In this document: positions 10,407 to 22,068 of the stretch, piece after piece | Layout: each line of letters begins with the position of its first letter | Position numbering within the stretch: position 1 is the first letter of the stretch | Origin: an uncultured bacterium | Lineage (GTDB): Bacteria > Cyanobacteriota > Cyanobacteriia > CAZCXK01 | Reading direction: 5' to 3' | DNA length: 64,000 nucleotides | NCBI GenBank assembly: GCA_964502605.1 | Contig: CAZCXK010000011.1 | Location: forward strand, 1,053-65,052 | Position numbers and translations under genes: made by a program | The notes under the pieces: generated by a model | The model's database searches: none | Seen by the model: the letters and a program-made list of their open reading frames with translations, nothing else | What the model was told of the DNA's origin: nothing

Positions 10407-13400
10407 TCAGGGGTCATTATGGGGCACTGGCGACGGAGGGTGTTGCTCTAGCACCTGCTTGAGATACTGTCCCGTATAGGAGCGAGGTGAGTTCGCTATG
10501 GTTTCGGGCGTCCCGACTGCTACAACTTCACCACCGCGATCGCCTCCGTCTGGCCCTAGATCAATAATCCAATCCGAGCAGCGAATCACATCTAGATTAT
10601 GTTCGATCACAAGAACAGAATTGCCCTTATCCACCAAGCGCTGTAAGACATCTAGAAGCTTGTGCACATCATAAAAAGATAGACCCGTCGTGGGCTCGTC
10701 AATCAGGTATAGCGTTTTGCCAGTAGCGCGACGGGACAGTTCAGTGGCCAGCTTAAGCCGCTGAGCCTCCCCACCTGACAAGGTGGGAGCAGTCTGACCG
10801 AGCCGCACATAACCTAACCCCACATCGACCATGGTTTGGAGCTTGGCAGACGCTTTCGGAATATTCTGAAAAAAGTCCAACGCTTCTTCCGCTGTCATAT
10901 CAAGCACATCTGAAATTGACTGACCTTTATACTTCACTTGCAAGGTCTCACGATTGTAGCGGGCTCCTTTGCAGATCTCGCACTGAACATACACATCGGG
11001 CAGAAAATTCATCTCAATCACATTAACCCCCTGCCCGCCACAAGCTTCGCAGCGTCCGCCTTTGACATTAAACGAAAACTGTCCCGGCTTATAGCCTCGC
11101 GCTTTAGCTTCAACTGTCTGAGAAAATAAATCCCGAATGACATCAAACACCCCCGTATAAGTCGCCGGATTTGAGCGGGGTGTGCGTCCAATAGGAGACT
11201 GGTCAATCACAATAGCTTTATCAAGCGCATTCAGGCCGCTAATTTTAGCCATTTCTTTAGGCATCGGAATTTTGCGCCCAAAATGGTGCTGCAACGCCGG
11301 ATAAAGCAATTCATTCACCAGGGTTGACTTGCCTGATCCAGATACTCCGGTCACACATACTAACTTGCCGAGAGGCATCTCAACATCGATCTGCTTGAGA
11401 TTGTTGCGATAGGCCTTCTTGATCATCAACTTGCGGCCATTGCCAGTCCGGCGGGAGCTGGGAGTATGGATAAAGCAACGACCCGAAAGGTATGCCCCTG
11501 TCAGCGAATTTTGACTTGACAACAGGTCGTCTAGATTTCCCTGAGCCACAATATGGCCGCCATGAACACCCGCCTTGGGGCCAATATCAACCAGATAATC
11601 AGCGGCGCGAATAGTTTCTTCATCATGCTCAACCACAATTAGAGTGTTGCCCAAATCGCGCAGTCGATTCAAAGTCAGCAATAGCCGACCATTGTCACGT
11701 TGGTGCAGGCCGATACTGGGTTCGTCTAGCACATAGAGCACGCCTGTTAGACCTGACCCAATTTGAGTTGCCAGCCGAATGCGCTGTGCTTCTCCACCCG
11801 ATAAGGTCATCGCAGTTCGGTCGAGGGTGAGATAGTCTAGCCCGACATCGAGCAAAAACTGCAGCCGCGACTTGATCTCTCGAAGCACCAGATCTCCAAT
11901 TTGAGCCTGTCGAGAGGTGAGTTGGAGATTGTTAACCCGAGTCAAGCTTTCGCGGATTGAGACGCTCGTGAAATCTTTCAGCCGATATTGGCCAACCCGA
12001 ACCGACAGCGCTTCAGGACGCAGGCGATCGCCCTGACAGACTTCGCAGGGTTGTTCGACCAGATACGGCTCTAGCTTTTGCTTGTAGAGATCAGAGGTCG
12101 TTTCTCGATATTGCCGATCCAGCATCGGCAAGACGCCCTCATAGCGCCGCTGGTAGCCCTTACGTTCGCCGTAGCGAGAATCTGACTCAATGTAAATCTT
12201 TTCAGAAGAGCCATGCAGAATGATGTGATGATGCTCAGGTGAAAGTTGATCCCATGGGGTTTGAATCTCAAACCCAAACGCTTGCCCAACGCTATAGAGC
12301 AGTGAAAAGTAGTACGTGTTGTCTTTTTCTGACCAGGGGGCGATCGCCGCGTAGAGAGGAAGGGTGGGGTCAGGAACCACCAGCTCTTCTGAAAATCGGC
12401 GCAGAGTGCCGAGCCCATGGCAGTTGGGGCAGGCTCCATAGGGCGAGTTAAATGAAAACAGCCGAGGAGTTAATTCCTCCATCACGGCTCCATGTTCTGG
12501 ACAGGCAAAATTTTCGGAGAAAACCAGCTCTTGAGGCAAGGAGGGGCGATCGCGTTCATGCTCGTGATCCAGAGCTAGATTAGCCCTATAGGCAGTATCA
12601 GCCTCCGCAGCGCTAAATCTTGCCTGCCGATGGCTAGCCATTTCAACAACGGTAGGGGGGGCTGCGGCTGCATGGGGCACTGCCTCTGGGCGTTCTGCTG
12701 CCTCATCGGTCGAGATGATGTCGATGATGGCAACCCCGCCTGAGCGCTTTAGACAGGTCGAGAGCGAATCCACTAGCCGTTCTTGCATCCCCTCGCGCTT
12801 GATCAACCGATCCACCACAATTTCGATGTTATGAAATTGGTTTTTATCCAGCTCGATTGAGTCAGCCAATTCGCGCACGTCGCCATCGACCCGCACCCGC
12901 ACAAACCCCTCAGCCGCAAGGCTCGATAGTAGCTTTTTATGGGTGCCTTTCTTGCCCCGGACAACTGGAGCCAAAATTTGAAATCGCGTGCGTTCAGGTA
13001 GCTCTAAGACGCGATCGCACATCTGATCAATAGCTTGGGGTGCAATCGAGCGATCGCAATGAGGACAGTGGGGCTCCCCAGCGCGGCCATAGAGAAGACG
13101 TAGATAATCGTAAATTTCTGTGACGGTGCCCACCGTCGAGCGCGGGTTGTGGGATGTTGATTTCTGATCGATCGAAATCGCCGGACTGAGTCCCTCAATA
13201 GCATCGACATCAGGCTTATCAACCTGGCCTAAAAATTGACGGGCATACGCACTCAACGATTCTACATAGCGCCGCTGCCCTTCGGCAAAAATGGTATCAA
13301 ATGCCAATGATGATTTGCCTGACCCAGACACCCCAGTGAACACAATCAGGCGATCGCGCGGCAACTCTAAATCAATATTTTTAAGATTGTGCTGCCGCGC

Positions 13401-13514
13401 CCCTCGAATGCGAATCACATTTTCAGCCGCCTGAGTCTGATTAGGGCGATGTCCATTGTGAGATTCGGGGGGGTGTTTGCGCGCCGCATTAACAGACTTA
13501 GCGGATTTAGACAT
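10407..13514 (-). CDS. uvrA: Excinuclease ABC subunit A
   Basis: 1035 aa. Two ABC modules ([22 protein letters not shown]; [23 protein letters not shown]) and zinc-finger cysteines. Confidence 0.95.
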   Translation of the reverse strand: MSKSAKSVNAARKHPPESHNGHRPNQTQAAENVIRIRGARQHNLKNIDLELPRDRLIVFTGVSGSGKSSLAFDTIFAEGQRRYVESLSAYARQFLGQVDKPDVDAIEGLSPAISIDQKSTSHNPRSTVGTVTEIYDYLRLLYGRAGEPHCPHCDRSIAPQAIDQMCDRVLELPERTRFQILAPVVRGKKGTHKKLLSSLAAEGFVRVRVDGDVRELADSIELDKNQFHNIEIVVDRLIKREGMQERLVDSLSTCLKRSGGVAIIDIISTDEAAERPEAVPHAAAAPPTVVEMASHRQARFSAAEADTAYRANLALDHEHERDRPSLPQELVFSENFACPEHGAVMEELTPRLFSFNSPYGACPNCHGLGTLRRFSEELVVPDPTLPLYAAIAPWSEKDNTYYFSLLYSVGQAFGFEIQTPWDQLSPEHHHIILHGSSEKIYIESDSRYGERKGYQRRYEGVLPMLDRQYRETTSDLYKQKLEPYLVEQPCEVCQGDRLRPEALSVRVGQYRLKDFTSVSIRESLTRVNNLQLTSRQAQIGDLVLREIKSRLQFLLDVGLDYLTLDRTAMTLSGGEAQRIRLATQIGSGLTGVLYVLDEPSIGLHQRDNGRLLLTLNRLRDLGNTLIVVEHDEETIRAADYLVDIGPKAGVHGGHIVAQGNLDDLLSSQNSLTGAYLSGRCFIHTPSSRRTGNGRKLMIKKAYRNNLKQIDVEMPLGKLVCVTGVSGSGKSTLVNELLYPALQHHFGRKIPMPKEMAKISGLNALDKAIVIDQSPIGRTPRSNPATYTGVFDVIRDLFSQTVEAKARGYKPGQFSFNVKGGRCEACGGQGVNVIEMNFLPDVYVQCEICKGARYNRETLQVKYKGQSISDVLDMTAEEALDFFQNIPKASAKLQTMVDVGLGYVRLGQTAPTLSGGEAQRLKLATELSRRATGKTLYLIDEPTTGLSFYDVHKLLDVLQRLVDKGNSVLVIEHNLDVIRCSDWIIDLGPDGGDRGGEVVAVGTPETIANSPRSYTGQYLKQVLEQHPPSPVPHNDP

Positions 13515-13912
13515 AACCGCAGGGCTCCAAAGGGGGGTGCGTCCTTACTTAGACACAGTTCTTAACAATATTATCGAACTATTTCCCAACTCGACAGGGT
13601 TTGGGAAGCAGTCTGACCTTATCCTATCGGAATTCAATACGGATGTTCTCAAACTAATAGCCGTGATGTCGCTTCATCGTCTCATGTTCAGTGCCTTCGT
13701 CTAGTTAATCAGGACGACTTAATCAGGACGATGACACCTCTCAGACTCACTCCAGTGGCCTCAAGGGAGATATTGGAGTTATCAGCCAGAGGTTTGTCGA
13801 GAGAGGGTCTTTGCTTGCAGCGATGATCGTCACCATTGGGGCGTGACTCTGAGCAACCGGGCGAAACGGGCTAAAATAGAGCCAATTGTCGCGCTGTTGC
13901 GGGTTTTCGCAT

Positions 13913-15397
13913 ATGACGAGTGCTGCTCCTGCTAAAACAAACTATGAAGCTGTCATTGGGTTAGAAACTCACTGTCAGCTCAGCACAGAAACGAAGATTT
14001 TTTCAAATAGCTCTACGGAGTTTGGTGCGCCTCCTAATACACATATCGACCCAGTCTGCATGGGGCTGCCCGGTGTGTTGCCAGTCCTCAATCAAAAGGT
14101 GCTGGAATATGCGGTCAAAGCTGGATTGGCGCTAAATTGTCAGATTGCACCCTATAGCAAATTTGACCGGAAACAATACTTTTATCCTGATCTGCCCAAA
14201 AACTACCAAATTTCTCAATACGATTTGCCCATTGCTGAACATGGCCACCTCGAAATTGAGCTGGTCGATGACGATGGCAAGCCGATACGCAAGCATATTG
14301 GGATCACGCGCCTGCACATGGAGGAAGATGCAGGAAAGTTGGTTCACGGGGGAAGCGATCGCCTCTCAGGGTCTACATTTTCCCTGGTTGACTATAATCG
14401 AGCAGGCATCCCGCTGATTGAAATCGTCTCAGAACCTGATATTCGTTCTGGGCAAGAAGCCGCTGAATATGCGCAAGAGCTGCGTCGCATTATGCGCTAT
14501 CTGGGTGTCAGTGACGGCAACATGCAAGAAGGCTCTCTGCGATGTGATGTCAACATCTCAGTGCGACCTGTGGGGCAAGAAAAATTTGGCGTCAAAGTAG
14601 AAATTAAGAATATGAACTCATTTAGTGCGATCGCCAAAGCGATTGACTATGAGATCGAGCGACAAATTGCTGCCATCGAATTAGGAGAAGCGATCGCCCA
14701 AGAGACACGCCTTTGGGAGGAAGGTGCCCAGCGCACAATCAGCATGCGCAGCAAAGAAGGCTCTAGCGACTATCGTTACTTTCCAGAACCTGATTTAGGC
14801 CCGATTGAGGTTTCTGCTCAACAGCTCAACCAATGGCGTTCAGAGCTGCCCGAGCTGCCTGCTCAAAAACGCCATCGCTATGAAGAATCTCTAGAATTAT
14901 CTGCCTATGATGCGCGGGTACTCACCGATGACCTTACAATTGCCCAATATTTTGAAGCTACAGTGGCCGCAGGCGCAACGCCCAAACTTGCTGCCAACTG
15001 GATTACCCAAGACATCAGCGCTTATCTCAATAAAAATAGATTGACAGTTGCTGACATTGCATTTCAGCCCGACAGTCTCGCTGAGCTGGCAGATTTGATT
15101 GAAAAAGGCACCATTAGCACCAAAATTGGGAAAGATATATTACCAGAGCTGTTAGTCAAAGGCGGGTCGGCCAAAGCTCTGGTTGAGCACAAAGGGCTGA
15201 TTCAAATTTCAGATGCCAGTGCAATTGAGCCCGTCATCGACCAGGTTATGGCAGATCACCCTGACGAACTCGAGAAATATCGAGACGGCAAAACGAAACT
15301 GCTAGGTTTCTTTGTGGGCCAAGTCATGAAACAAACTGGAGGAAAAGCCGACCCCAAGCTCACCAATCAACTGCTCAAGCAAAAACTAGACGGATAG
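13913..15397 (+). CDS. gatB: Asp-tRNA(Asn)/Glu-tRNA(Gln) amidotransferase subunit B
   Basis: YEAVIGLETHCQL..., FDRKQYFYPDLPKNYQISQ, C-terminal YqeY-like tail. An alternative start at 13886 is possible. Confidence 0.93.
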   Translation: MTSAAPAKTNYEAVIGLETHCQLSTETKIFSNSSTEFGAPPNTHIDPVCMGLPGVLPVLNQKVLEYAVKAGLALNCQIAPYSKFDRKQYFYPDLPKNYQISQYDLPIAEHGHLEIELVDDDGKPIRKHIGITRLHMEEDAGKLVHGGSDRLSGSTFSLVDYNRAGIPLIEIVSEPDIRSGQEAAEYAQELRRIMRYLGVSDGNMQEGSLRCDVNISVRPVGQEKFGVKVEIKNMNSFSAIAKAIDYEIERQIAAIELGEAIAQETRLWEEGAQRTISMRSKEGSSDYRYFPEPDLGPIEVSAQQLNQWRSELPELPAQKRHRYEESLELSAYDARVLTDDLTIAQYFEATVAAGATPKLAANWITQDISAYLNKNRLTVADIAFQPDSLAELADLIEKGTISTKIGKDILPELLVKGGSAKALVEHKGLIQISDASAIEPVIDQVMADHPDELEKYRDGKTKLLGFFVGQVMKQTGGKADPKLTNQLLKQKLDG

Positions 15398-15480
15398 AAC
15401 ATCCGCTGCACCAGTATTTCAGGATTCAGCACTCTAGAAACCAGGACTATTCATAAAGTTTTTGGAAGAAAGTTTGAAAA

Positions 15481-15677
15481 GGGGTGTCACCCCTCACCCC
15501 TCATATGCCATACTTTGGTAATAGATGCACCCTGATGGTCGGGAGAGTTTTAGATAGCTCTCCCACTTTCATTTTTAAAGAGATTCCATCAAGGGGTGTC
15601 ACCCCTCACCCTTAATGTGCCATACTATGTTAAGTAGATGCACCCTGATGGTCGGGAGAGTTTTAGATAGCTCTCCC
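15481..15677. repeat. Two ~85-nt direct repeats (period 112 nt), each with a GGGGTG-T-CACCCC palindrome and a GGGAGAG...CTCTCCC hairpin
   Basis: Copies at 15481-15564 and 15593-15677 are about 90% identical. Intergenic between gatB and ffh. Confidence 0.8.
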
Positions 15678-15684
15678 TTTTTTG
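15654..15684 (+). terminator. Rho-independent terminator formed by the second repeat copy
   Basis: GGGAGAG-(10 nt loop)-CTCTCCC followed by TTTTTTGTGTG. Confidence 0.5.
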
Positions 15685-15940
15685 TGTGAACTTGATTTGA
15701 GCCTGATCGGTTACAACTCAATCTGCGGTTGACATAATCTGACTGCCATTAGAATTTAAAGACAAAAGAATGAGAGACAAAGCATCCGGCTATTTGAGCC
15801 AAAGCTTTTTGACTCAAAGCTTTTAAGATAGAGATTGGAGCTCATTGCTTCAACCGATGTTCAGCTTAAAATCTGAAGTTTTTCAGCATGAAGTCTGGAC
15901 ATGGGCAAGGTTTGTGGTCGCTAAGGGTTAATTCACGGTT

Positions 15941-17422
15941 ATGTTTGACGCGCTTGCAGATCGTCTGGAGGGAGCCTGGAAAAAGCTCCGAGGCCAAGAC
16001 AAAATCTCCGAATCCAATATCCAAGAGGCATTGCGAGAGGTGCGTCGAGCCTTGCTTGAGGCCGATGTCAATTTGCAGGTGGTGAAGGACTTTGTCTCAG
16101 ACGTGCAGGTAAAGGCTTTGGGCTCTGGGGTTGTATCGGGTGTCCGGCCTGATCAGCAGTTCATCAAAGTTGTGCATGATGAGCTGGTGGCGGTCATGGG
16201 TGAGACTAATACCCCTCTGGCCCATGCCAAGACTGCTCCAACAGTGGTGTTGATGGCAGGATTGCAGGGAACAGGCAAGACAACAGCCTCTGCTAAATTA
16301 GCCCTGCATTTGCGCAAGCAAAATCGCAGCACGCTCTTGGTGGCAACGGATGTGTATCGTCCGGCAGCCGTTGACCAGCTCATTACCCTGGGGCAGCAAA
16401 TCAATGTGCCTGTGTTTGAGTTGGGCACGGATGCTAATCCGGTTGAGATTGCTCGACAGGGAATTGAGCGTGCCAAAGCCGATGGCATTGACACGGTGAT
16501 TATTGATACGGCAGGCCGCTTGCAAATTGATGAATCGATGATGGCAGAGCTGGCTGAGGTGAAGAGCGCGGTTAACCCCGATGAGGTGTTGCTTGTTGTA
16601 GATGCCATGACGGGGCAAGAGGCGGCCAACCTGACGCGTACGTTTCATGAGCAGATTGGCATTACGGGAGCTATTCTAACGAAGCTTGATGGTGATACGC
16701 GTGGAGGGGCTGCGCTCTCAGTTCGTCGGATTTCAGGACAGCCAATTAAATTTGTGGGTGTGGGGGAAAAGGTCGAAGCCTTGCAGCCGTTTTACCCGGA
16801 TCGGATGGCCTCCCGGATTTTGGGCATGGGCGACGTCTTGACGCTTGTCGAGAAAGCTCAAGAGGAAGTTGATCTAGCTGATGCTGAGAGAATGCAGGAA
16901 AAAATTCTCTCAGCGCAGTTTGACTTTAATGATTTTTTGAAGCAAACTCGCTTACTCAAAACCATGGGGTCGCTGGGTGGGTTAGTAAAGCTCATTCCTG
17001 GGATGAATAAAATCTCGAGTGAGCAGCTTGAACAAGGCGAAACTCAGATTAAACGAGCCGAATCGATGATTAACTCGATGACGATTGAGGAGCGTCGCAA
17101 TCCAGATTTACTGTCGGGCTCACCCAGTCGCCGTCGCCGCATCGCCAAAGGGTCGGGGTATGACCTCAATGATGTGAGCAAGCTCGTCAGCGATTTTCAG
17201 AAGATGCGATCGCTGATGCAGCAAATGGGGCAAGGGCAGTTTATGCCGGGTATGGGCGGTATGGGCGGCGGCCTCCCTGATATGGGCATGGGCGGCGGCT
17301 TTCCGGGTATGGGCGGGCCAGGAGGAGCACGCCCCGGATGGCGCGGATATCCGTCAGCGGGTGGCGGTGCGTTGAAGAAAAAGAAGAAGAATAAAAAGAA
17401 AAAGGGGTTTGGCAACCTCTAG
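15941..17422 (+). CDS. ffh: Signal recognition particle protein Ffh (with Gly/Met-rich and poly-Lys C-terminal extension)
   Basis: N and G domains (GLQGTGKTT, DTAGRL, TKLDGD), an M domain, then ...GMGGMGGGLPDMGMGGGFPGMGG...KKKKKNKKKKGFGNL. Confidence 0.95.
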   Translation: MFDALADRLEGAWKKLRGQDKISESNIQEALREVRRALLEADVNLQVVKDFVSDVQVKALGSGVVSGVRPDQQFIKVVHDELVAVMGETNTPLAHAKTAPTVVLMAGLQGTGKTTASAKLALHLRKQNRSTLLVATDVYRPAAVDQLITLGQQINVPVFELGTDANPVEIARQGIERAKADGIDTVIIDTAGRLQIDESMMAELAEVKSAVNPDEVLLVVDAMTGQEAANLTRTFHEQIGITGAILTKLDGDTRGGAALSVRRISGQPIKFVGVGEKVEALQPFYPDRMASRILGMGDVLTLVEKAQEEVDLADAERMQEKILSAQFDFNDFLKQTRLLKTMGSLGGLVKLIPGMNKISSEQLEQGETQIKRAESMINSMTIEERRNPDLLSGSPSRRRRIAKGSGYDLNDVSKLVSDFQKMRSLMQQMGQGQFMPGMGGMGGGLPDMGMGGGFPGMGGPGGARPGWRGYPSAGGGALKKKKKNKKKKGFGNL

Positions 17423-17498
17423 TTTTAGCGTGTAAACGGCTTTTTGGTAACGCTCAATCAAGGATCAATCGTCATCGGTACTATTGCCCAAGTTTCTG

Positions 17499-18356
17499 CT
17501 AAAGTCGATTGTCTGCCCATGCCAACATGAGCCGTAGTTCGGCATCGTCCATATGGTGCGCGTTGTCTTCAGCAGGAAAGTGCTGCTGCTCGACATCTGT
17601 GCAGTATTGCTGAATGGCGTCTAGGGTTGAGGTTTGATAATCGAGATAGCGCTTGGCTAAGCGTAGCTTGCGCGGTGTGATGCCCAAAATGTCATTCACA
17701 ATCAGCACTTGGCCATCAGTAAAGCGACCCGATCCAATCCCAATGGTCGGCACTTGAACTGTTTCCGTAATTAGCTGTCCCAGTTCTTCTGAAACCAGCT
17801 CTAGCAGCAGCACCTTGATGCCGGCCTGCTCAAGTGCAAGTGCGGCTTCGAGTAATTCTTTTGCTTGGGCAAAGTGCTTGCCTTGAACGGCTTTCACCTG
17901 ATGTGTTTGAGGCTGTAGACCAAGATGGCCACAGACATCAATGTCGTGCTTCACCAAATGAGTCACGATGTCAGGGCGATCGCCTTCTAATTTGACAATA
18001 TTTGCACCATTGGCGACCAACCGCTGAGCATTTTCTAGGGCCTGGTTGGGCGTTTTATAGGACGCGTAGGGCAAGTCAGCGAGGATATAGGGCTCATTTG
18101 CGCCACGGCAGACAGCTTTCAAATGGTGAACGATATCATCCATCGTGACTTGAGTTTCATCGGCATAGCCTAAGACATTGGTTCCCACGCTATCGCCAAC
18201 AAAGATGACATCAACTCCTGCTTGTTGCTCCAGCACAGCCGTGGGATAGTCGTAGCAGGTCAGTGCCACAATCGGCTGGCAATCGCGTTTTTTGTGGAGG
18301 AGGTAGGTGGCATTTTTTTTCACAGAAGTTACCGACGTTCGGCAAAGGACCGTCAC
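17499..18356 (-). CDS. panB: 3-methyl-2-oxobutanoate hydroxymethyltransferase (ketopantoate hydroxymethyltransferase)
   Basis: ...PIVALTCYDYPTA..., VGDSVGTNVLGY, ...IVKLEGD.... Confidence 0.9.
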   Translation of the reverse strand: MTVLCRTSVTSVKKNATYLLHKKRDCQPIVALTCYDYPTAVLEQQAGVDVIFVGDSVGTNVLGYADETQVTMDDIVHHLKAVCRGANEPYILADLPYASYKTPNQALENAQRLVANGANIVKLEGDRPDIVTHLVKHDIDVCGHLGLQPQTHQVKAVQGKHFAQAKELLEAALALEQAGIKVLLLELVSEELGQLITETVQVPTIGIGSGRFTDGQVLIVNDILGITPRKLRLAKRYLDYQTSTLDAIQQYCTDVEQQHFPAEDNAHHMDDAELRLMLAWADNRL

Positions 18357-18405
18357 TGTAGGTCATTCAGACTTGGCAAATTTTAGCGTCTCACTCTTCA
18401 GAGAG

Positions 18406-18735
18406 TTAGACGATGGCTATTCCTAAAAGCCATTGACAGCCTAAGAAGGTGAACATGCCCAATACAATTGTGAGCAGAAGATTTTTACTAAACCAGCCTA
18501 CTGTAAAAGCGGCGATCGCCCCAATCAAGCGAGCGTTGTTATGAGTGACGTTGAGAGTGCCATCGATCATTAGCACCTCGGGCACCACAATTGCAGTCAA
18601 CACCACGGGCGGCACATACTTGAGTGCTGTCAGCACAGGATCAGATAAATACATCCGACCGCTCAACGCAAACATCACATAGCGAATGCCAAAGGTGACG
18701 AGAGCCATTCCAGTGATGAGAAGAAATTCGTTCAT
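18406..18735 (-). CDS. AzlD-like branched-chain amino acid transport accessory membrane protein
   Basis: 109 aa, 3-4 TM helices, size and hydropathy typical of the AzlD family. Assigned from memory of the family. Confidence 0.6.
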   Translation of the reverse strand: MNEFLLITGMALVTFGIRYVMFALSGRMYLSDPVLTALKYVPPVVLTAIVVPEVLMIDGTLNVTHNNARLIGAIAAFTVGWFSKNLLLTIVLGMFTFLGCQWLLGIAIV

Positions 18736-18944
18736 TGCGTATTATAGTCTGGATGGACATAGCCATTATGCACTAGGCTGCGTCACAACTAAAAATTAGG
18801 TTTGGTAGTCAGTGCTTTAGCGCTGAAGCGCTAACTAAGAGCCAAAGCGTTACCCTAAAATTAAGCGGTGACTCTGCACTAGAGGTAACCTTTTCAACGG
18901 CGCGGAATCTAGGTTCTTCATACTTTGTGCATGACGTCACTGGC

Positions 18945-19520
18945 TCAAAGCTGAGCCTGCTCAGCAGCTTCAAACTGTTGCCACCAGCGGTTAAGCGGAT
19001 AATAAACCACAGGAGCCCAGAGGCTACTTAAAATAGCTGAACTCAGTGCAACTTGCTGATGATAAAGCCACGTCTCAGCCAAAACGATATACGAGCCCCG
19101 TCCATTGCCGAAGAAAATTTGTAAGCTAAACTGCATAGCCGTGATGGTCTCGACGATGACGGCCATGCCAAACACAATCAGCGCAATTGAGATGAAGTCT
19201 TCTTGAATGTATTTCTGCTTCTGGATCCTGGCAGTCAAAATGCCAGCGATCGCCAAACTCAAGGTATGAGTTGGGTGGGGCACTGTCATACCATCTTGAA
19301 TCAGTCCTAGACACAATCCCGCGATCGCCCCTTGCAGAGCAGTTCGCTTTACACTCCATGCCACCACCCAAATCAAGAGCCAATTTGGCCCAATTCCCAG
19401 CAATTCCATACCGGGGATTCGAGTTGGCAACACCAAAAGGCAAACCAATACAGACCCAGAGGTAACCACCCAATTGACAACTTGGCGAATACTCGGATTA
19501 AGCGTTGATGGACTCAGCAT
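18945..19520 (-). CDS. mreD: Rod shape-determining protein MreD
   Basis: 191-aa polytopic membrane protein immediately downstream of mreC in the mreB-mreC-mreD gene order. Confidence 0.7.
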   Translation of the reverse strand: MLSPSTLNPSIRQVVNWVVTSGSVLVCLLVLPTRIPGMELLGIGPNWLLIWVVAWSVKRTALQGAIAGLCLGLIQDGMTVPHPTHTLSLAIAGILTARIQKQKYIQEDFISIALIVFGMAVIVETITAMQFSLQIFFGNGRGSYIVLAETWLYHQQVALSSAILSSLWAPVVYYPLNRWWQQFEAAEQAQL

Positions 19521-19635
19521 CTTGCACGTACAGGCCTTAGAACAACAAGTGAGAAAATCCCAGGCGAAAACCCTGTAAGCTAAGCAGCATCAGGCCGACA
19601 TCGAACTGATGCAATAGAGACTTATGGTAGATGGC

Positions 19636-20400
19636 TTACTGTGCCAGAGGCTCAGTCATCAATTGCTGTGGTGGATCAACAATGACCCACTCTAGTGAGC
19701 TGATCGGCGCAGATAACTCAATAACGGCTTCAGGTGCAGGACTTTTGTCGAGATTGATCGACTCAACGGTGCCAATCGGCAAACCCGGTGGAAACAATTG
19801 GCTAAAGGATGATGTGACAATCGAATCCCCCGGACGCACATCAGGAACCTTATCAAAAAACTCCATTACGGCGCGGTTAGCTGACTGTCCGCGCATATAT
19901 CCCATCGACCGGGAGCGGCTGACCGCCACCCCAATCTGACTCGTAGGATCACTAATGAGCAAAACGCGACTCGTGTTTGGGGTCACCTCAACGACTCGAC
20001 CAACAATGCCACCTGTCCCTGACACGACTGATCCCTCCCCAATGCTCTCTCGACTACCCCGACCCAAGGTGGCTTGCTGCCACCAATGGTCTGCGCTGCG
20101 ACCAATCACAGGTGCAACAACTCCCCGAATTGGACGAGTCGCCTCATAACCAATTAATTCCTTCAGCGTCTGGTTTTGATTTTCCAGCTCAATCAGGCGT
20201 TGCCGCAGCTCTTGGACTTGAGCATCAGCCAACATACCGGGCTGACTAGGCTGCGATTGAAACGGGCGCGAAAGGGCCTGATAAACCTCAAAAATTGGCT
20301 CACCTCGGGTATAACGCAGCCCCCATGACATACCCAGAGCTAGAGTAACAAGCCCGATCTTAAGCCCATATCGATCCCACCAACGCCGTAACGTATACAT
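19636..20400 (-). CDS. mreC: Rod shape-determining protein MreC
   Basis: N-terminal TM, coiled coil (QVQELRQRLIELENQNQTLKEL), beta-rich C-terminal domains. Lies downstream of mreB. Confidence 0.85.
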   Translation of the reverse strand: MYTLRRWWDRYGLKIGLVTLALGMSWGLRYTRGEPIFEVYQALSRPFQSQPSQPGMLADAQVQELRQRLIELENQNQTLKELIGYEATRPIRGVVAPVIGRSADHWWQQATLGRGSRESIGEGSVVSGTGGIVGRVVEVTPNTSRVLLISDPTSQIGVAVSRSRSMGYMRGQSANRAVMEFFDKVPDVRPGDSIVTSSFSQLFPPGLPIGTVESINLDKSPAPEAVIELSAPISSLEWVIVDPPQQLMTEPLAQ

Positions 20401-20583
20401 TCAATCTAAAAATCCCTATGCAAACCAATCCTGCTGATAATGATTATCTAATGAATCGAGTGACGCTTCTGACAACTAAATGCATCCAATCAAGATTATC
20501 TTGCGATGCTCAAACTCTTGTGTTGATGCAACTGGATGTAATACCAATGGCGATCGCTTTACCAGTGGCGATCGCCATTGGTA

Positions 20584-21648
20584 TTAATAATTGCGGACTC
20601 GCCCCGTATTAAAGACCCGATCAAGCTGTTTGAAATTCTCAAGCACACGCCCCGTTCCCAAGACCACACAGCTCAACGGGTCGGCAGCCACATGCACAAC
20701 AATCCCAGTTTCATGGCTGATGAGAGTATCAAGCCCTTTAAGCAGCGCCCCACCTCCTGCCAGCATAATGCCTCGGTCAATAATGTCAGCCGCCAACTCA
20801 GGTGGCGTCCGCTCCAGGGTTCGCTTGACGGCCTCAATAATGACAGAAAGAGGTTCTGACATCGCCTCACGCATCTCAGGCGACTTCACCGTCACTGTAC
20901 GAGGCAACCCCGAAAGCAGATGCAACCCACGCACATCCATCATGACTTCGTCGTCACTATCCCTCGGATAGGCAGAACCAATCGTAATCTTAATTTCTTC
21001 AGCCGTGCGTTCCCCAATCACCAGATTATGAACCTTCTTCATATACTGAGTTAGAGCCTCATTTAGCTCATCACCTGCCACCCGCACAGACTCACTCAGC
21101 ACTGTTCCTTGAAGGCTCAAAACTGCAACTTCGGTTGTGCCTCCACCAATATCGATAATCATATTTCCTGTCGGTTCTGCAACCGGAAGTCCAGCTCCAA
21201 TTGCAGCTGCTACAGGTTCATCGATCAGATGAACTTCTCGCGCACCTGCTTCTCGTGCTGCATCTTCGACTGCACGACGCTCAACACCTGTTACACCACT
21301 AGGAATGCCAATCACAATGCGCGGAGAAACTAACGTCCGGCCTTCATGGACTCGGCGAATAAAATGCTTCAGCATGATTTCAGCTGTATCGAAATCCGCA
21401 ATCACGCCGTCTCGCAACGGGCGCAGCGCAACCACATTGCCAGGAGTTCGTCCCAGCATTTTCTTAGCATCTTCACCGACAGCAAGTGGCACCTTGTCAC
21501 CTTCATCCATTGCGACCACGGAAGGCTCCTGGAGCACAATACCTTTGCCAGAAACATAGACGAGCGTGTTAGCGGTACCCAAATCGATACCCATATCACG
21601 AGAAAAGGAGAAGCGGTTAAAGAAGCCCACGAGCGTTATTTCCCCCAA
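20584..21648 (-). CDS. mreB: Rod shape-determining actin homolog MreB
   Basis: [13 protein letters not shown], ...[11 protein letters not shown]..., ...[11 protein letters not shown].... 354 aa. Confidence 0.95.
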   Translation of the reverse strand: MGEITLVGFFNRFSFSRDMGIDLGTANTLVYVSGKGIVLQEPSVVAMDEGDKVPLAVGEDAKKMLGRTPGNVVALRPLRDGVIADFDTAEIMLKHFIRRVHEGRTLVSPRIVIGIPSGVTGVERRAVEDAAREAGAREVHLIDEPVAAAIGAGLPVAEPTGNMIIDIGGGTTEVAVLSLQGTVLSESVRVAGDELNEALTQYMKKVHNLVIGERTAEEIKITIGSAYPRDSDDEVMMDVRGLHLLSGLPRTVTVKSPEMREAMSEPLSVIIEAVKRTLERTPPELAADIIDRGIMLAGGGALLKGLDTLISHETGIVVHVAADPLSCVVLGTGRVLENFKQLDRVFNTGRVRNY

Positions 21649-22068
21649 CAGCTGAAGTGATTATATGACCCGGCTGTTCCAGAGTGAACCAGCAATGACT
21701 GAAGCAGAGTCGATGTGGATTCTATTATGTTTTTAGGTTTGAGTCTAGTCGAACTAACCGGCAAACCAATTCAGACCCCTATAATGTCATTCCATCTATT
21801 ACTAATTGTAATCAGGATAGATCTGCACCCGCCCTCTTGCGGGTATGGTCAACTGTTGTCTTGCCTCAAGGCTGGAGCGCGAAATTTAGACTAATATATT
21901 CGGCTAGAATCATTAAAAATAGTCACAATCAGACGATTATGATTTGAGTAGAACCCTCTAATCTCATTTTTCAATCTTGTTAATTTCAATTGAGATTTAT
22001 TTAGGGTTGTCATAGGATTTGTTAATCAAGTCAGTTTAGAGTTAGTTAGCTTAGATTAAGAGTGCGTT

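Noticed and set aside
15477-15690. CRISPR array?
   Set aside because: There are only two repeat copies, 85 nt each, about 90% identical, with a 28-nt spacer. There are no cas genes and no regular 30-40 nt spacer architecture.
16153-16648. 158-aa and 116-aa minus-strand ORFs inside ffh, and similar antisense ORFs inside uvrA (12071-12439), codA, nusA, infB, ftsH, pfkB and the DAHP synthase gene
   Set aside because: They are antisense to strongly supported conserved genes. Their translations are Ala/Arg/Ser-rich, typical of reverse-frame artefacts in GC-rich DNA.
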